Below are positions 31,993-41,395 of a stretch of 64,000 nucleotides of DNA, piece after piece. The notes under the pieces were generated by a model. The model saw only the letters and a program-made list of their open reading frames with translations, had not been told where the DNA came from and did not search any database. The position numbers and the translations under genes are program-made. Every line of letters starts with the position of its first letter. The stretch's first letter is position 1. Origin of the DNA: Mycobacterium sp. (GTDB lineage Bacteria; Actinomycetota; Actinomycetes; Mycobacteriales; Mycobacteriaceae); contig NZ_JBKQTQ010000252.1 of NCBI RefSeq assembly GCF_052143115.1, positions 9,777 to 73,776 of the forward strand, given 5' to 3'.

Positions 31993-32385
31993 ATGGCGTC
32001 GACATATTTGGGAAAGCCGTACTACCCGGCGTGGCTGGACAACCTTGCTGACGATGTAACCGGGGAAGGTCCGGCGTGGGACGGCGCCATCCAGGGTGCG
32101 GAGGCGGTCCATGAAGTCGTGGTGGCCGCCCGCGAAATATACGAGTTTCAAGAGTTCCGGTACGCGGGTCCGTGCGGGGAGAACAGTTTCCTGGAGGACT
32201 ACACCTCAGCAGTGCGTAGCATGCCCCTCTTCGTCATCGTCCTGGTCGTTTTCAACACCGCCGGGAAGGCACAACGCCTGGTGGTAAACCACCGTCCGCG
32301 CAGCTCCGTGCTACTGCTGTCCAGAGTGATGCTCGAGAGGTTTGCCGGAACACCTCTGGCCAAGCACTGGGAAGGCACACCTTAA
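31993..32385 (+). CDS. SnoaL/NTF2-like hypothetical protein (copy 2)
   Basis: GGAGG RBS; WLDNLADDVTGE...VVNHRPRS. Confidence 0.75.
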   Translation: MASTYLGKPYYPAWLDNLADDVTGEGPAWDGAIQGAEAVHEVVVAAREIYEFQEFRYAGPCGENSFLEDYTSAVRSMPLFVIVLVVFNTAGKAQRLVVNHRPRSSVLLLSRVMLERFAGTPLAKHWEGTP

Positions 32386-32411
32386 GAAGCGAGCGCTGGT
32401 ACTCGACCGGA

Positions 32412-32963
32412 TCAACGGCGGCGGGCCAACCGGAATGTCATCCTCTCGATCATCCGGTCGCGCAAGGTCAATGTGTGCAGCAAAACCGCGGAAATGTGCG
32501 CGGCGATTGCGGCCATCAACGCATACGCGACGACCGAATGAGCTTGCCGCAGCAGCCAAAACAACTGCGCGTCGAACGGTGCGATGCGCGGGAGCCGCAA
32601 TGAGCCGAACACGACGGCCGGTCCCCCCGCGGCCGAAACCATCGCCCAGCCGATCAGCGGCTGGAGCAACAGCAGCGCATACAGCGACACTTCCGACAGC
32701 ACGACGATCTTGCGTTCCAGCGCGCCGACCGTGGACGGTAACGGCGGAGCGCGATGGGCCAACCGGTTGACGAGACGCACCAGCACCACCACGAGGATGG
32801 TCACGCCCAGCGTCCGGTGGATCATGATCAGCGCGGAGTAGTCGCCGACCGAGTTCACCATCACGAAACCGATGAACAGGCCGCAGAACACCAGCGCGGC
32901 CGTCAACCAGTGCAGGACCCTGGTCAACGCCGTGTATTGGCCGGGTTCGGGCGCTGCGGTCAC
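32412..32963 (-). CDS. Cytochrome b561
   Basis: RVLHWLTA, IHRTLG, AHSVVA...AAHI heme-ligand His residues, 4 TM; GTGA overlap. Confidence 0.88.
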   Translation of the reverse strand: MTAAPEPGQYTALTRVLHWLTAALVFCGLFIGFVMVNSVGDYSALIMIHRTLGVTILVVVLVRLVNRLAHRAPPLPSTVGALERKIVVLSEVSLYALLLLQPLIGWAMVSAAGGPAVVFGSLRLPRIAPFDAQLFWLLRQAHSVVAYALMAAIAAHISAVLLHTLTLRDRMIERMTFRLARRR

Positions 32964-34051
32964 AACGCGACCTTGTCGACCTGTACCGCGGGCGGGCTTC
33001 CGGTCTCGCCGGTGCGACGCCGGTACGACGCGGCGTACACGGCCGATCGCGCGCTCAGCAGCGGATCGTCTGACGGCTCGATGCCGGCGGGCAGCACTAG
33101 CGGATCGAAGTTGATGTCCCGCGCATTGCCCGGCGCTTCGGTTTGGACAGAGTCGAGCGTGAGCACCCCGGCGTCGACGCTGCGGCGACCGGCAGGCCAG
33201 GGCAGCGTCGCATCGTGCGTCGGATCGGACGCCGCGCCGACGGTGAGCACGAAACGCCAGCGCAGTGGGCTGGCCCGCAACTGCCGGACCAGCGCATCGA
33301 ACAGCGCATTCGGCCCCGACGCGGGTGGCAGCGCCTGTTGCAGCGGAGTCAGCGACCACCGCACCGGCGCCCGCGCGCCGGATGCGTTGACGAAGTAGAA
33401 GGCGTTCAACCCGCTGTACACACTATCGGCGAAGCCGGTTGTCGGCGGATGCTGCTTGACGATGGCCATGGCCCGCGCCGTTTCCGGATGTGCGGCCAGG
33501 AATTGCGCCATTGCCGTCGGATCGGGCTCGCCAGTTCCGGGAACGGCGGCTGAAGCGATCAGCCGGTCGTAGAAGCCTTGCGGTGAATTGTCCAGGAAGA
33601 CTGGAAGATTCAGTGTGGCCATCCGCCACTGCTCTCCGCCGGGGAAGCCGAACACCAGTCCCAGCCCGCGCGCGGTCGACGACGCATCAGTGGCGTGCGG
33701 ATTGCCGCCGGCCAACGAAAACCGTCCGGTCACCGGGGTGCGACCGGACGCGAACACCACCGCCTTCGACAGCGTGCTGCCGTTGCCGTTGCTGTCGAAG
33801 TAACCGGTGACGGCGACTCCCTTGGCGTGGTTCTTGCGAAACCCAGGTTGTCGACCGAACACCTTGGCAAAGCCGTTGAGGAAAACCCCCTGCGTCAGCC
33901 GCGCGGGACCGATCCATTTGTTCGCGTAGAGCAGTGCACCCAGGTCCGCCGCCAGGAAGGCTCCGACCACCGCGGCACCGAGCAGTACATCACGTCTGGC
34001 AGGACGCGCGGTGCCCCATCGTCCGGCGTCCTCCGGCTGTTCAGTCATCAC
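32960..34051 (-). CDS. Catalase-related heme peroxidase (SrpA-like) with Tat-like N-terminus
   Basis: RRDVLL plus hydrophobic segment, RKNHAKG, GRFS, DDPLLSARSAVY. Confidence 0.9.
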   Translation of the reverse strand: MMTEQPEDAGRWGTARPARRDVLLGAAVVGAFLAADLGALLYANKWIGPARLTQGVFLNGFAKVFGRQPGFRKNHAKGVAVTGYFDSNGNGSTLSKAVVFASGRTPVTGRFSLAGGNPHATDASSTARGLGLVFGFPGGEQWRMATLNLPVFLDNSPQGFYDRLIASAAVPGTGEPDPTAMAQFLAAHPETARAMAIVKQHPPTTGFADSVYSGLNAFYFVNASGARAPVRWSLTPLQQALPPASGPNALFDALVRQLRASPLRWRFVLTVGAASDPTHDATLPWPAGRRSVDAGVLTLDSVQTEAPGNARDINFDPLVLPAGIEPSDDPLLSARSAVYAASYRRRTGETGSPPAVQVDKVAL

Positions 34052-34178
34052 TAGCCTTTACGACGGTCAGCTGACATCGGTTCAAGCATGGCCGCCGAAT
34101 GGTCGGCTCGGGGTGAAAAGACCCGAAAACATCCCCACGCATTTGGCCAGAGTGACACTATGTCGCGGGAGGATGACC

Positions 34179-34556
34179 ATGAGCACACGTCCGATCAAGG
34201 CCCGCACAGGTTCATCGATCCTGCTTGCGGTGCTGACCGCTTCCGCGACCACGGTAGGGATTTGCGGGGCGGCGAACGCAACGGGCCCGCAGTCCCAGGT
34301 GACCTATCAGTTGACTGGCAGCGCTCCGGTGGCTGACTACATCTCGTATCAGACCGACACCGGCCAGACCGGCCAGACTCAGCAAGCACACGTGCCATTG
34401 CCATGGCAGACGCAGTTCACCGTTACCGGTTCCAAAGTCTTCGTGCTCAGCGCGCAGAGCCCCGGCTCGATCACGTGCACGATCCTGATCGACGGCAAGG
34501 TGGTCAGCCAAGCGACTGCGAACGGGGCACCCGCCCGCACCGTCTGCTCGCACTGA
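34179..34556 (+). CDS. Secreted MmpS-like protein
   Basis: Signal peptide ending ANA; VTY..., LPW, ITCTILIDG...C; GGGAGG RBS. Confidence 0.75.
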   Translation: MSTRPIKARTGSSILLAVLTASATTVGICGAANATGPQSQVTYQLTGSAPVADYISYQTDTGQTGQTQQAHVPLPWQTQFTVTGSKVFVLSAQSPGSITCTILIDGKVVSQATANGAPARTVCSH

Positions 34557-34578
34557 CGGTTCGACCGCGCGGGCGAAA

Positions 34579-34968
34579 TCACCGATTGGCGTCGACCGGT
34601 CTGCGTGGTTTCGGTGGTGGGTAGACGACGCGCGCGATGCTCGCCGACAGCCAACCGATCGCCCACCCACCGGCGAATACCGCAAAAGTGTGCCGGGTGG
34701 CGTCGCCGGCGTGAGTCCACACCGTCGTCAGGATGACGGCCCAGACAAAGGCACAAGCGATGCTGTAGCCGACGTATGTACCAGAATATTTGCGCAACAA
34801 GCGAATTCGCTCAGTCAGGCCGGATCGGAATAGTGACATCCGGACACGCGGCGGAAGCTTGTCGTTGCCGTAGGTGTCGTCCAGCATGGCGATCAACCCC
34901 TCGCCGTATCGGCGGCGCCAGGCCGCGGGGTACCAGCGCAGGACGCCGCTGACGTCGCGCGGATTCAT
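34579..34968 (-). CDS. Small membrane protein coupled to PadR
   Basis: LRWYPAAWRRRYG motif plus 2 TM; ATGA overlap with padR. Confidence 0.75.
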   Translation of the reverse strand: MNPRDVSGVLRWYPAAWRRRYGEGLIAMLDDTYGNDKLPPRVRMSLFRSGLTERIRLLRKYSGTYVGYSIACAFVWAVILTTVWTHAGDATRHTFAVFAGGWAIGWLSASIARVVYPPPKPRRPVDANR

Positions 34969-35321
34969 TGCGCCCACCCGGCGTTAGGAGCATGCAATGA
35001 GATCCCGAGCCGGCGGGCACCCTCGGCCGCAATTGCCCCCAGGCTCCGCACCGCTGTGGTCAGTTCGGCCCGTCCCGCGGCGGTCAACCGATACGGACGC
35101 CTCCGCTCGTCGTGGCCCGCCGGTTCGATCAGGCCGTGTTCCTCCAGTGCGGTGATCGCTCCATAGAGCGTTCCCGGCCCGAGCGTCACGCCGGCGAATC
35201 TCTCGATATCGCGTGCCAACGCGTAGCCGTGCTTAGCGCCCGAAGCCAGGCTGGTCATGATCAGCACCCCCGGGTCGTTTCGCCTGCCGAGCTTCCGGGC
35301 CGGTCGAGAACCGCGTGCCAT
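34965..35321 (-). CDS. PadR-family regulator
   Basis: KHGYAL, GPGTLYGAI, RRPYRLT. Confidence 0.9.
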   Translation of the reverse strand: MARGSRPARKLGRRNDPGVLIMTSLASGAKHGYALARDIERFAGVTLGPGTLYGAITALEEHGLIEPAGHDERRRPYRLTAAGRAELTTAVRSLGAIAAEGARRLGISLHAPNAGWAQ

Positions 35322-35333
35322 ACCGGCTAACAT

Positions 35334-35459
35334 TAGTACGTGCTACGTATTACGGCAAGCGTAGTACGACCCGATGACCCAGCGGCCATATCCATGGCCA
35401 CTGGACTGTTCTCGACTTAGTCGATAGCGTCTATCACTTGATAGTAACTATCGCTATCA
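35334..35459. promoter_or_regulatory. Divergent promoter with several operator-like palindromes
   Basis: TAGTACG-N5-CGTATTA (35334-35352); tandem GATAG-N3-CTATC at 35423-35435 and 35440-35452. Confidence 0.6.
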
Positions 35460-35475
35460 TCAACCGCAGGGTGAG

Positions 35476-37104
35476 GTGACCATGCCCACACACCGCTCAT
35501 CGGTCCTGATAGCCGGCGCTGGGATCGGCGGTCTTTCGATGTCCGCCATGCTTGGCCGCCGAGGCGTTGAGTCCCTCTTGGTCGAAAAGCGCCGTGCGAC
35601 TTTCATATACCCAAAGGCCCGCAACCTCAACTTCCGCAGCTTGGAGATATTGCGCCGTCTGGGCGTCGGAGATGCGGTAGACGCCGTCGCCGAACACATT
35701 TCGACGATGGTCTGCAAAGAGACGCTCAGCAGCCCCGAACAGAGCGGGGTATTCGATGCGGCGTCGATGCTTTCCAGCGCCGAGGGGCTCAGCCCCGAAG
35801 CGCATGGAAGATATTGTCCGCAAAGCAGACTGGAACCGATCTTGCTGGATGAAAGCCGTCGGCTGGGCGGCGAGGTGCGATACCGCACAGAACTGAAGTC
35901 GTTCAAACAGGACGATACGGGCATCGTCGCGACGATCAAAGACCTTGACACCGGTATGACGTCGGACGTGTTCGCCGACTACCTAGTGGCCGCCGACGGC
36001 ACCCACAGCCCGATTCGGGAGAAGCTGGGCATCAGCACATCTGGCTTCGGCCGGCTGCCGATCTTCGTTGTCTTTATGTATTTTCGCGCGCCGTGGCGTC
36101 AATTCGTCCCCGACTTGGGCGACGGCGACGGTATCCAGATCGCCAATCCGGACGTCAACGGAATACTCATTGTGGCCAAAGACGACCTCGGTGTTTTTGC
36201 GGCCACCTACTTTCCGAGTCGGGGTGAAACCGTTGACCAGTTCACACCGCAGCGCTGCCGCCAGATGCTGCTCGCAGCCATCGGGTCGCCAATCGACGTG
36301 GAAATTGTGGACGTCGGACCTTGGCAACCCTCCGAACAAGTCGCCGATCAATTCCGTTGCGGCAGAATCTTTCTCGTCGGCGACTCGGCCCATACCATGC
36401 CCCCGTTGAAGGGCGGCGGGGCGAACAGCGCGATCGAGAGCGCGCACAACCTGGCATGGAAACTCGCAGCGGTGCTGAAGGGGACGGCGGGTCCCGGGCT
36501 ACTTGACACCTACCATGCCGAGCGGCATCCCGTCGGACGTTTCGCGGCGCGGCAGTCGCTGACCGGGCCGGCCATGTCGTTTCTACCGTTGGAGGACGAC
36601 CGGCCAAAGCTGCCCGCCGAAGAAGATCTGCCTTTGTTTTACATGATCGCCGGATACAAGTACTGCTCGTCTGCGGTGGTGAGCGACCAGGCGACGCCGG
36701 CGGACCCCGACGCGGTGCAGCTGGTCGAGACCGAGGAACTGCGGGGGGAACCCGGCACCAGGGTGCCGCATGCCTGGGTGCAGGGCGGCGAGGGTCCCCG
36801 CGTGTCCACACTGGATCTGCTCGGGCGGGGCTTCACGCTGTTCGTCGGTTCAGCCGGAACGCCATGGACGAAAGCAGCCGACGCGGTGTGCAGATCGCTC
36901 GGTGTCTCGGTTGACGTCCGCAGTATCGGCGCCGACGCCGACTTCCGAGACGTCGATGGTCGATGGGCCGCGCTCACGGGCCTCCGCCCGGATGCTGCGC
37001 TGCTCGTGCGCCCCGATGATTTCGTTGCCTGGCGCACCGACGACCTCCCCAAATCCCCGGAAAACGCGCTCAACCAGGCAATGTGCCGCATTCTGGGCCG
37101 ATGA
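35476..37104 (+). CDS. FAD-dependent aromatic monooxygenase (paralog of 15607-17232)
   Basis: GAGIGG, AADG, GDSAH...NLAWKL, LLVRPDDFVAWR. Confidence 0.9.
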   Translation: MTMPTHRSSVLIAGAGIGGLSMSAMLGRRGVESLLVEKRRATFIYPKARNLNFRSLEILRRLGVGDAVDAVAEHISTMVCKETLSSPEQSGVFDAASMLSSAEGLSPEAHGRYCPQSRLEPILLDESRRLGGEVRYRTELKSFKQDDTGIVATIKDLDTGMTSDVFADYLVAADGTHSPIREKLGISTSGFGRLPIFVVFMYFRAPWRQFVPDLGDGDGIQIANPDVNGILIVAKDDLGVFAATYFPSRGETVDQFTPQRCRQMLLAAIGSPIDVEIVDVGPWQPSEQVADQFRCGRIFLVGDSAHTMPPLKGGGANSAIESAHNLAWKLAAVLKGTAGPGLLDTYHAERHPVGRFAARQSLTGPAMSFLPLEDDRPKLPAEEDLPLFYMIAGYKYCSSAVVSDQATPADPDAVQLVETEELRGEPGTRVPHAWVQGGEGPRVSTLDLLGRGFTLFVGSAGTPWTKAADAVCRSLGVSVDVRSIGADADFRDVDGRWAALTGLRPDAALLVRPDDFVAWRTDDLPKSPENALNQAMCRILGR

Positions 37105-37859
37105 CGCAGCCCGAAACCGTCGCGTGTCTGGGCTCGAGCACGACCGCCGCAAAGGGCACCTATAACTGGATCGATGAACTGGTCAAGCGACCGCAAAACA
37201 GCCGGTTTCGATTCGTCAACTTCGGCGTGGGCGGTGACCTGTCGTTCAACATCGCCAGGCGGCTCGACCCGGTAATACGCATGGCACCGGACCGGGTCAT
37301 CGTGCTGATCGGGACCAACGACATCCTGGCGAGCGTCTTTCCGAATTTCCGACGATTCACCCGCGCCTGGAAGCGGGTCTCTCAAGATCCCTCGCCCGCA
37401 CACTTCAAAGACAACCTCGAGCTGATCACCCATCGCCTGCAGCAGGCCACCCACGCCAGAATCGCGCTGAGTTCCGTGGCGCCCGTCGGAGAAGCTCTTC
37501 GATCAAGCGATGCCGTTCAGTTGCGGCTCAACGATCTGGTTGCCGCCTACAACGGCACCATCGCCGACGTATCACGCAGCAGCGCCTGCTACTACATTCC
37601 GTTTTACGAGTGCTTCTGTGATCAACTCACCCGCTCAACGATCGCCAAACCGTTTACCCGGTTCTCCTTCGCTGCGTTCTACCGCGACTACCTATTCCGC
37701 GAAATGATTCTGCGACGAAGTTTCGATCAGATCTCGCAGAGAAACGGCTGGGAACTCCACATCGACGGCATTCACCTCAACACCAAGGGTGGCCGCATCC
37801 TCACCGACGTCGTTCAGCAGTTCCTCGACTCGCCTTCAAGATCGGCCGGGGCGGTTTAG
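37101..37859 (+). CDS. SGNH/GDSL hydrolase
   Basis: LGSS, NFGVGG, GTND, DGIH; ATGA-coupled to the monooxygenase. Confidence 0.88.
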   Translation: MTQPETVACLGSSTTAAKGTYNWIDELVKRPQNSRFRFVNFGVGGDLSFNIARRLDPVIRMAPDRVIVLIGTNDILASVFPNFRRFTRAWKRVSQDPSPAHFKDNLELITHRLQQATHARIALSSVAPVGEALRSSDAVQLRLNDLVAAYNGTIADVSRSSACYYIPFYECFCDQLTRSTIAKPFTRFSFAAFYRDYLFREMILRRSFDQISQRNGWELHIDGIHLNTKGGRILTDVVQQFLDSPSRSAGAV

Positions 37860-37899
37860 GCTCGCGCCTGTAGCCCGCTCAACGACGAGGACGGTCGAC

Positions 37900-39183
37900 A
37901 TGAGCATTGCGACTCGAGCTAACGGCACGGCGCCGCCCGAGGTGCCGCTCGCCGATGTCGACCTGGGCACGTGGGACTTCTGGGCACTCGACGACGATCT
38001 GCGCGACGGGGCGTTCGCCACCCTACGGCGTGAAGCGCCGATCTCGTTCTGGCCTGAGCCCGTCCAAGAAGGCTTCCAAGCAGGCGGCGGACATTGGGCG
38101 CTGACCGGACTCGACGACGTGTTCTACGCCAGCCGCCACCCCGAGATCTTCAGCTCCAGTCCCAACATCACCATCAACGACCAGACGCCAGAGGTATCCG
38201 AGTACTTCGGCTCGATGATCGTGCTCGACGACCCGCGGCATCAGCGGCTGCGATCGATCGTCAGCAGGGCTTTCACCCCGAAAGTGGTGGCCCGCATCGA
38301 GGCATCGGTGCGCGAGCGGGCCCACCGGCTGGTCGCGTCGATGATCGCCGCTCATCCCGACGGCAACGGCGAGGCGGTCAGCGAGCTGGCCGGGCCCCTG
38401 CCGTTGCAGGTCATCTGCGACATGATGGGGGTCCCCGAGGAGGACCATCAGCGGATATTCCACTGGACCAACGTGATCCTCGGCTTCGGCGACCCCGATC
38501 TGACTACCGAATTCGATGAGTTCGTTCGGGTTTCGATGGAGATCGGCGCCTACGCCAGCGCGTTGGCGGAGGATCGTCGCGTCAATCACCACGACGATCT
38601 GACGACGAGCCTGGTGGAAGCCGAGGTAGACGGCGAGCGGTTGACCTCGGCTGAGGTCGCGTCGTTCTTCATCCTGCTGGCGGTCGCCGGCAACGAGACG
38701 ACACGCAACGCGATCAGCCACGGTCTGCTCGCGCTGACGCGTTACCCCGAGCAGCGGCAGGCCTGGTGGGCCAACTTCTACGGCGTATCGCACTCGGCGG
38801 TCGAGGAGATCGTCCGCTGGGCGTCGCCGGTGATCTACATGCGACGCACGCTCACCCGCGACTTCGAGCTGAGTGGGACGACGATGGCCGCCGGGGACAA
38901 GGCGACGCTGTGGTACTGCTCCGCCAACCGCGACGAGTCGAAGTTCGTCGACCCGTGGAAGTTCGACGTCACCCGCAACCCGAATCCGCACGTCGGCTTC
39001 GGTGGCGGCGGCGCCCATTTCTGCTTGGGGGCCAACCTGGCTCGTCGCGAGATCCGCGTCATGTTCGAAGAACTGCACCGCGAAATACCCGATGTCGTCG
39101 CGATCGAAGAGCCTGCACGGCTGCTGTCGCCCTTCATCCACGGCATCAAGACGCTGCCGATTGCCTGGACTCCGCCCGGCTGA
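37900..39183 (+). CDS. cyp124: Cytochrome P450 CYP124 (Rv2266 ortholog)
   Basis: AGNETT, EIVR, GFGGGGAHFCLG; N-terminus IATRANGTAPPEVP closely resembles CYP124. Confidence 0.92.
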   Translation: MSIATRANGTAPPEVPLADVDLGTWDFWALDDDLRDGAFATLRREAPISFWPEPVQEGFQAGGGHWALTGLDDVFYASRHPEIFSSSPNITINDQTPEVSEYFGSMIVLDDPRHQRLRSIVSRAFTPKVVARIEASVRERAHRLVASMIAAHPDGNGEAVSELAGPLPLQVICDMMGVPEEDHQRIFHWTNVILGFGDPDLTTEFDEFVRVSMEIGAYASALAEDRRVNHHDDLTTSLVEAEVDGERLTSAEVASFFILLAVAGNETTRNAISHGLLALTRYPEQRQAWWANFYGVSHSAVEEIVRWASPVIYMRRTLTRDFELSGTTMAAGDKATLWYCSANRDESKFVDPWKFDVTRNPNPHVGFGGGGAHFCLGANLARREIRVMFEELHREIPDVVAIEEPARLLSPFIHGIKTLPIAWTPPG

Positions 39184-39259
39184 TTCCAGCCCATCGCGCA
39201 ACGTCAGAACCGTATAGTCGGCGCAAGCCGAAGGGTGGTAATTGAACGGAGGAAACCCC

Positions 39260-39709
39260 TTGAGGACCGTGAAGACAACGGCACTGGGCGTCGCGCTCGC
39301 CTCAGCCGCGATAGCCCTCGCGCCTGCTGCCGGAGCCGGGATGCTGATCGGCAACTACGAAGTGCATACCCCGAGGGATCCGGGACACTCCTGGATGTGG
39401 GAGGTCAGGCAGTGCGGCTTAGACCAGGTGACCTACACCCCTGACTGTGTCCATGTGAATGCCACGCCGAGACCTAACGGGCAAGCGACACCGTGGATCG
39501 CAGATGCGCACCTCGCCAATGGTCGCTACACGATGGTCGTCGACGTGCCCGACGGCGTGCGCTGCATCGTGTACTTCCTGCCGTCGCACGACACCTATTC
39601 ATGGGACATGGTGACGCTCGTCGGTTCGGTGGACTCCACTTTCGACGCCGGTTGCGGCGGCGCACCGGGCGGGAAGGTTTCCTACCCCTTCACGCTGGTG
39701 CGAACCTAA
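39260..39709 (+). CDS. Secreted hypothetical protein with paired Cys
   Basis: GGAGG RBS, signal peptide ending AGA, 4 Cys. Confidence 0.75.
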   Translation: MRTVKTTALGVALASAAIALAPAAGAGMLIGNYEVHTPRDPGHSWMWEVRQCGLDQVTYTPDCVHVNATPRPNGQATPWIADAHLANGRYTMVVDVPDGVRCIVYFLPSHDTYSWDMVTLVGSVDSTFDAGCGGAPGGKVSYPFTLVRT

Positions 39710-39766
39710 AGCCACACCGGGTCGAGGGTCCCGACCATTGCCGATACGGTATGGCAATATTGTACC

Positions 39767-40434
39767 GTGCGTGTACATTTGGTCGCTAAATCCCTTGCCG
39801 TTGTTGTCGTTATGACGTGGGCATTTCTCGGTGTTTTCATTCCATCCGCATCCGCCGAGGGCTGCCCGACGTGGAAGCGATATTCGCCAGGGGTACCACT
39901 GAGACACCAGGCGTCGGAGGAATCGGTCAGGCATTCGTCGATTCACTGCAGTCGAAGGTCGGCCCGAAGTCGTTCGGGGTATACGCGGTCGATTACCCGG
40001 CCAGCACTGACTTTCACACCGCGCTCGACGGTATTAAAGACGCGGGCGATCATGTCGAGTCCATGGCGGCCAGCTGTCCGAAAACGAAGATGGTGCTCGG
40101 CGGATATTCCCAGGGCGCGGCCGTGATGGGTTTCGTCACCTCGGCGGCGATACCGGACGGGGTCGATGCCGCTGACGTACCGAAGCCGATGCCAGCCGAT
40201 GTGGCCAACCATGTCGCCGCGGTCACCCTGTTTGGAGCGCCGTCAAACCGGTTCATGGATACGGTCGGGGCGCCGCAGGTCGTCATCGGCCCGCTGTATC
40301 AGCCCAAGACCCTCAAGTTGTGCACCCCTGACGACCCGGTCTGTTCTGATGGGGGCGACTGGGCCGGACATGCGGCCTACGCCGACGACGGGATGGTAGA
40401 CCACGCAGCGAATTTCGCTCCAAGTCATCTTTAA
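39767..40434 (+). pseudogene. Cutinase-family secreted esterase, frameshifted
   Basis: Signal peptide ...SASAEGCP is out of frame with DVEAIFARGT...GYSQGA...CxxxDPVC; one C is missing in TGCCC|GAC (~39865). Confidence 0.8.
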
Positions 40435-40970
40435 TGCGGCCGAAACTTATTCTCTTACAATCTATGTGCGGCTTGGCCGCTTCGCTCGTCGCGCTGACCG
40501 TGCTCCCAGCCTGCCACCCGAACGATCTTAAATCTGGTCATGCATCGACAACGGCGGCCCCGACACCGATAAGCACGACAACCGCCGTGGCTGCCCCGCC
40601 CACGACACGAAATCCTCGCAGCGAGAAGTGGATTGACTTGCAGGTCGGTGATTGTCTGGCTGAGCTTCCACCGAGCGACCCCAGCGTGGTCACTGTCACC
40701 GTTGTCGACTGTGCGACCGCTCATGCGGCAGAGGTTTATCTTCGCGGGCCGCTGGCGGTCAATGCTGCCGTCGCCGACGTCGCCAACCGGGAGTGCGCTT
40801 CAGGGTTTCCCGGATACACCGGGCAATCCGTCGACGGCAGCTCATTCGCGTTGACCTACCTCATCGACTCCGATCAGGATCGGACATCGGACAATCCCGC
40901 CCCGAGTACGGTCATCTGTCTGCTGCATGCAGCCAACGGTCGACCTCTGACCGAGTCCGCACGGCGGTGA
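40434..40970 (+). CDS. Lipoprotein with septum-formation-like domain
   Basis: LPAC lipobox, LQVGDC...[11 protein letters not shown]. Confidence 0.75.
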   Translation: MRPKLILLQSMCGLAASLVALTVLPACHPNDLKSGHASTTAAPTPISTTTAVAAPPTTRNPRSEKWIDLQVGDCLAELPPSDPSVVTVTVVDCATAHAAEVYLRGPLAVNAAVADVANRECASGFPGYTGQSVDGSSFALTYLIDSDQDRTSDNPAPSTVICLLHAANGRPLTESARR

Positions 40971-40997
40971 ATCAAACGCCGATCTTCGCGGTCAGTC

Positions 40998-41264
40998 TCA
41001 ACCGACCGACACCGCCGAGCCGGCGAAGAGTTGACCCCATTCGTCACGAGCCGCCAACTGCGCGTCGGCAGAGGTGTGGGCTGAGTTTTCGCCGCCGTTC
41101 GCGAGATGCACTAGCGCCCAGGCCATTGCGAACACCGGCATCTTGTGACGTTGTGCCACGCTGAGCAGTTCGTGGAAAGCTGTCTCGGAGGGACACCGAC
41201 GAAGGCCGATGAGAATGCCCTTCGCCGTGTCGAGGATGCGACCACCGTGCGCTTCCAGCGTCAT
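40998..41264 (-). CDS. Stand-alone ANTAR-domain protein (88 aa)
   Basis: ILDTAKGILIGLRRC...AFHELLSVAQR; AGGAGG RBS. Confidence 0.75.
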   Translation of the reverse strand: MTLEAHGGRILDTAKGILIGLRRCPSETAFHELLSVAQRHKMPVFAMAWALVHLANGGENSAHTSADAQLAARDEWGQLFAGSAVSVG

Positions 41265-41395
41265 GCTGTGCTTACCTCCTGTTGAGCATGCGAATATCCG
41301 GTCGCCCATATAGCCCCAATAGCGAGGCGAATCGTTGCCGATATGGATATTTCGCGGGCGTGATCCGCAATGGAGCACTGTGCCATGATTTGCGC

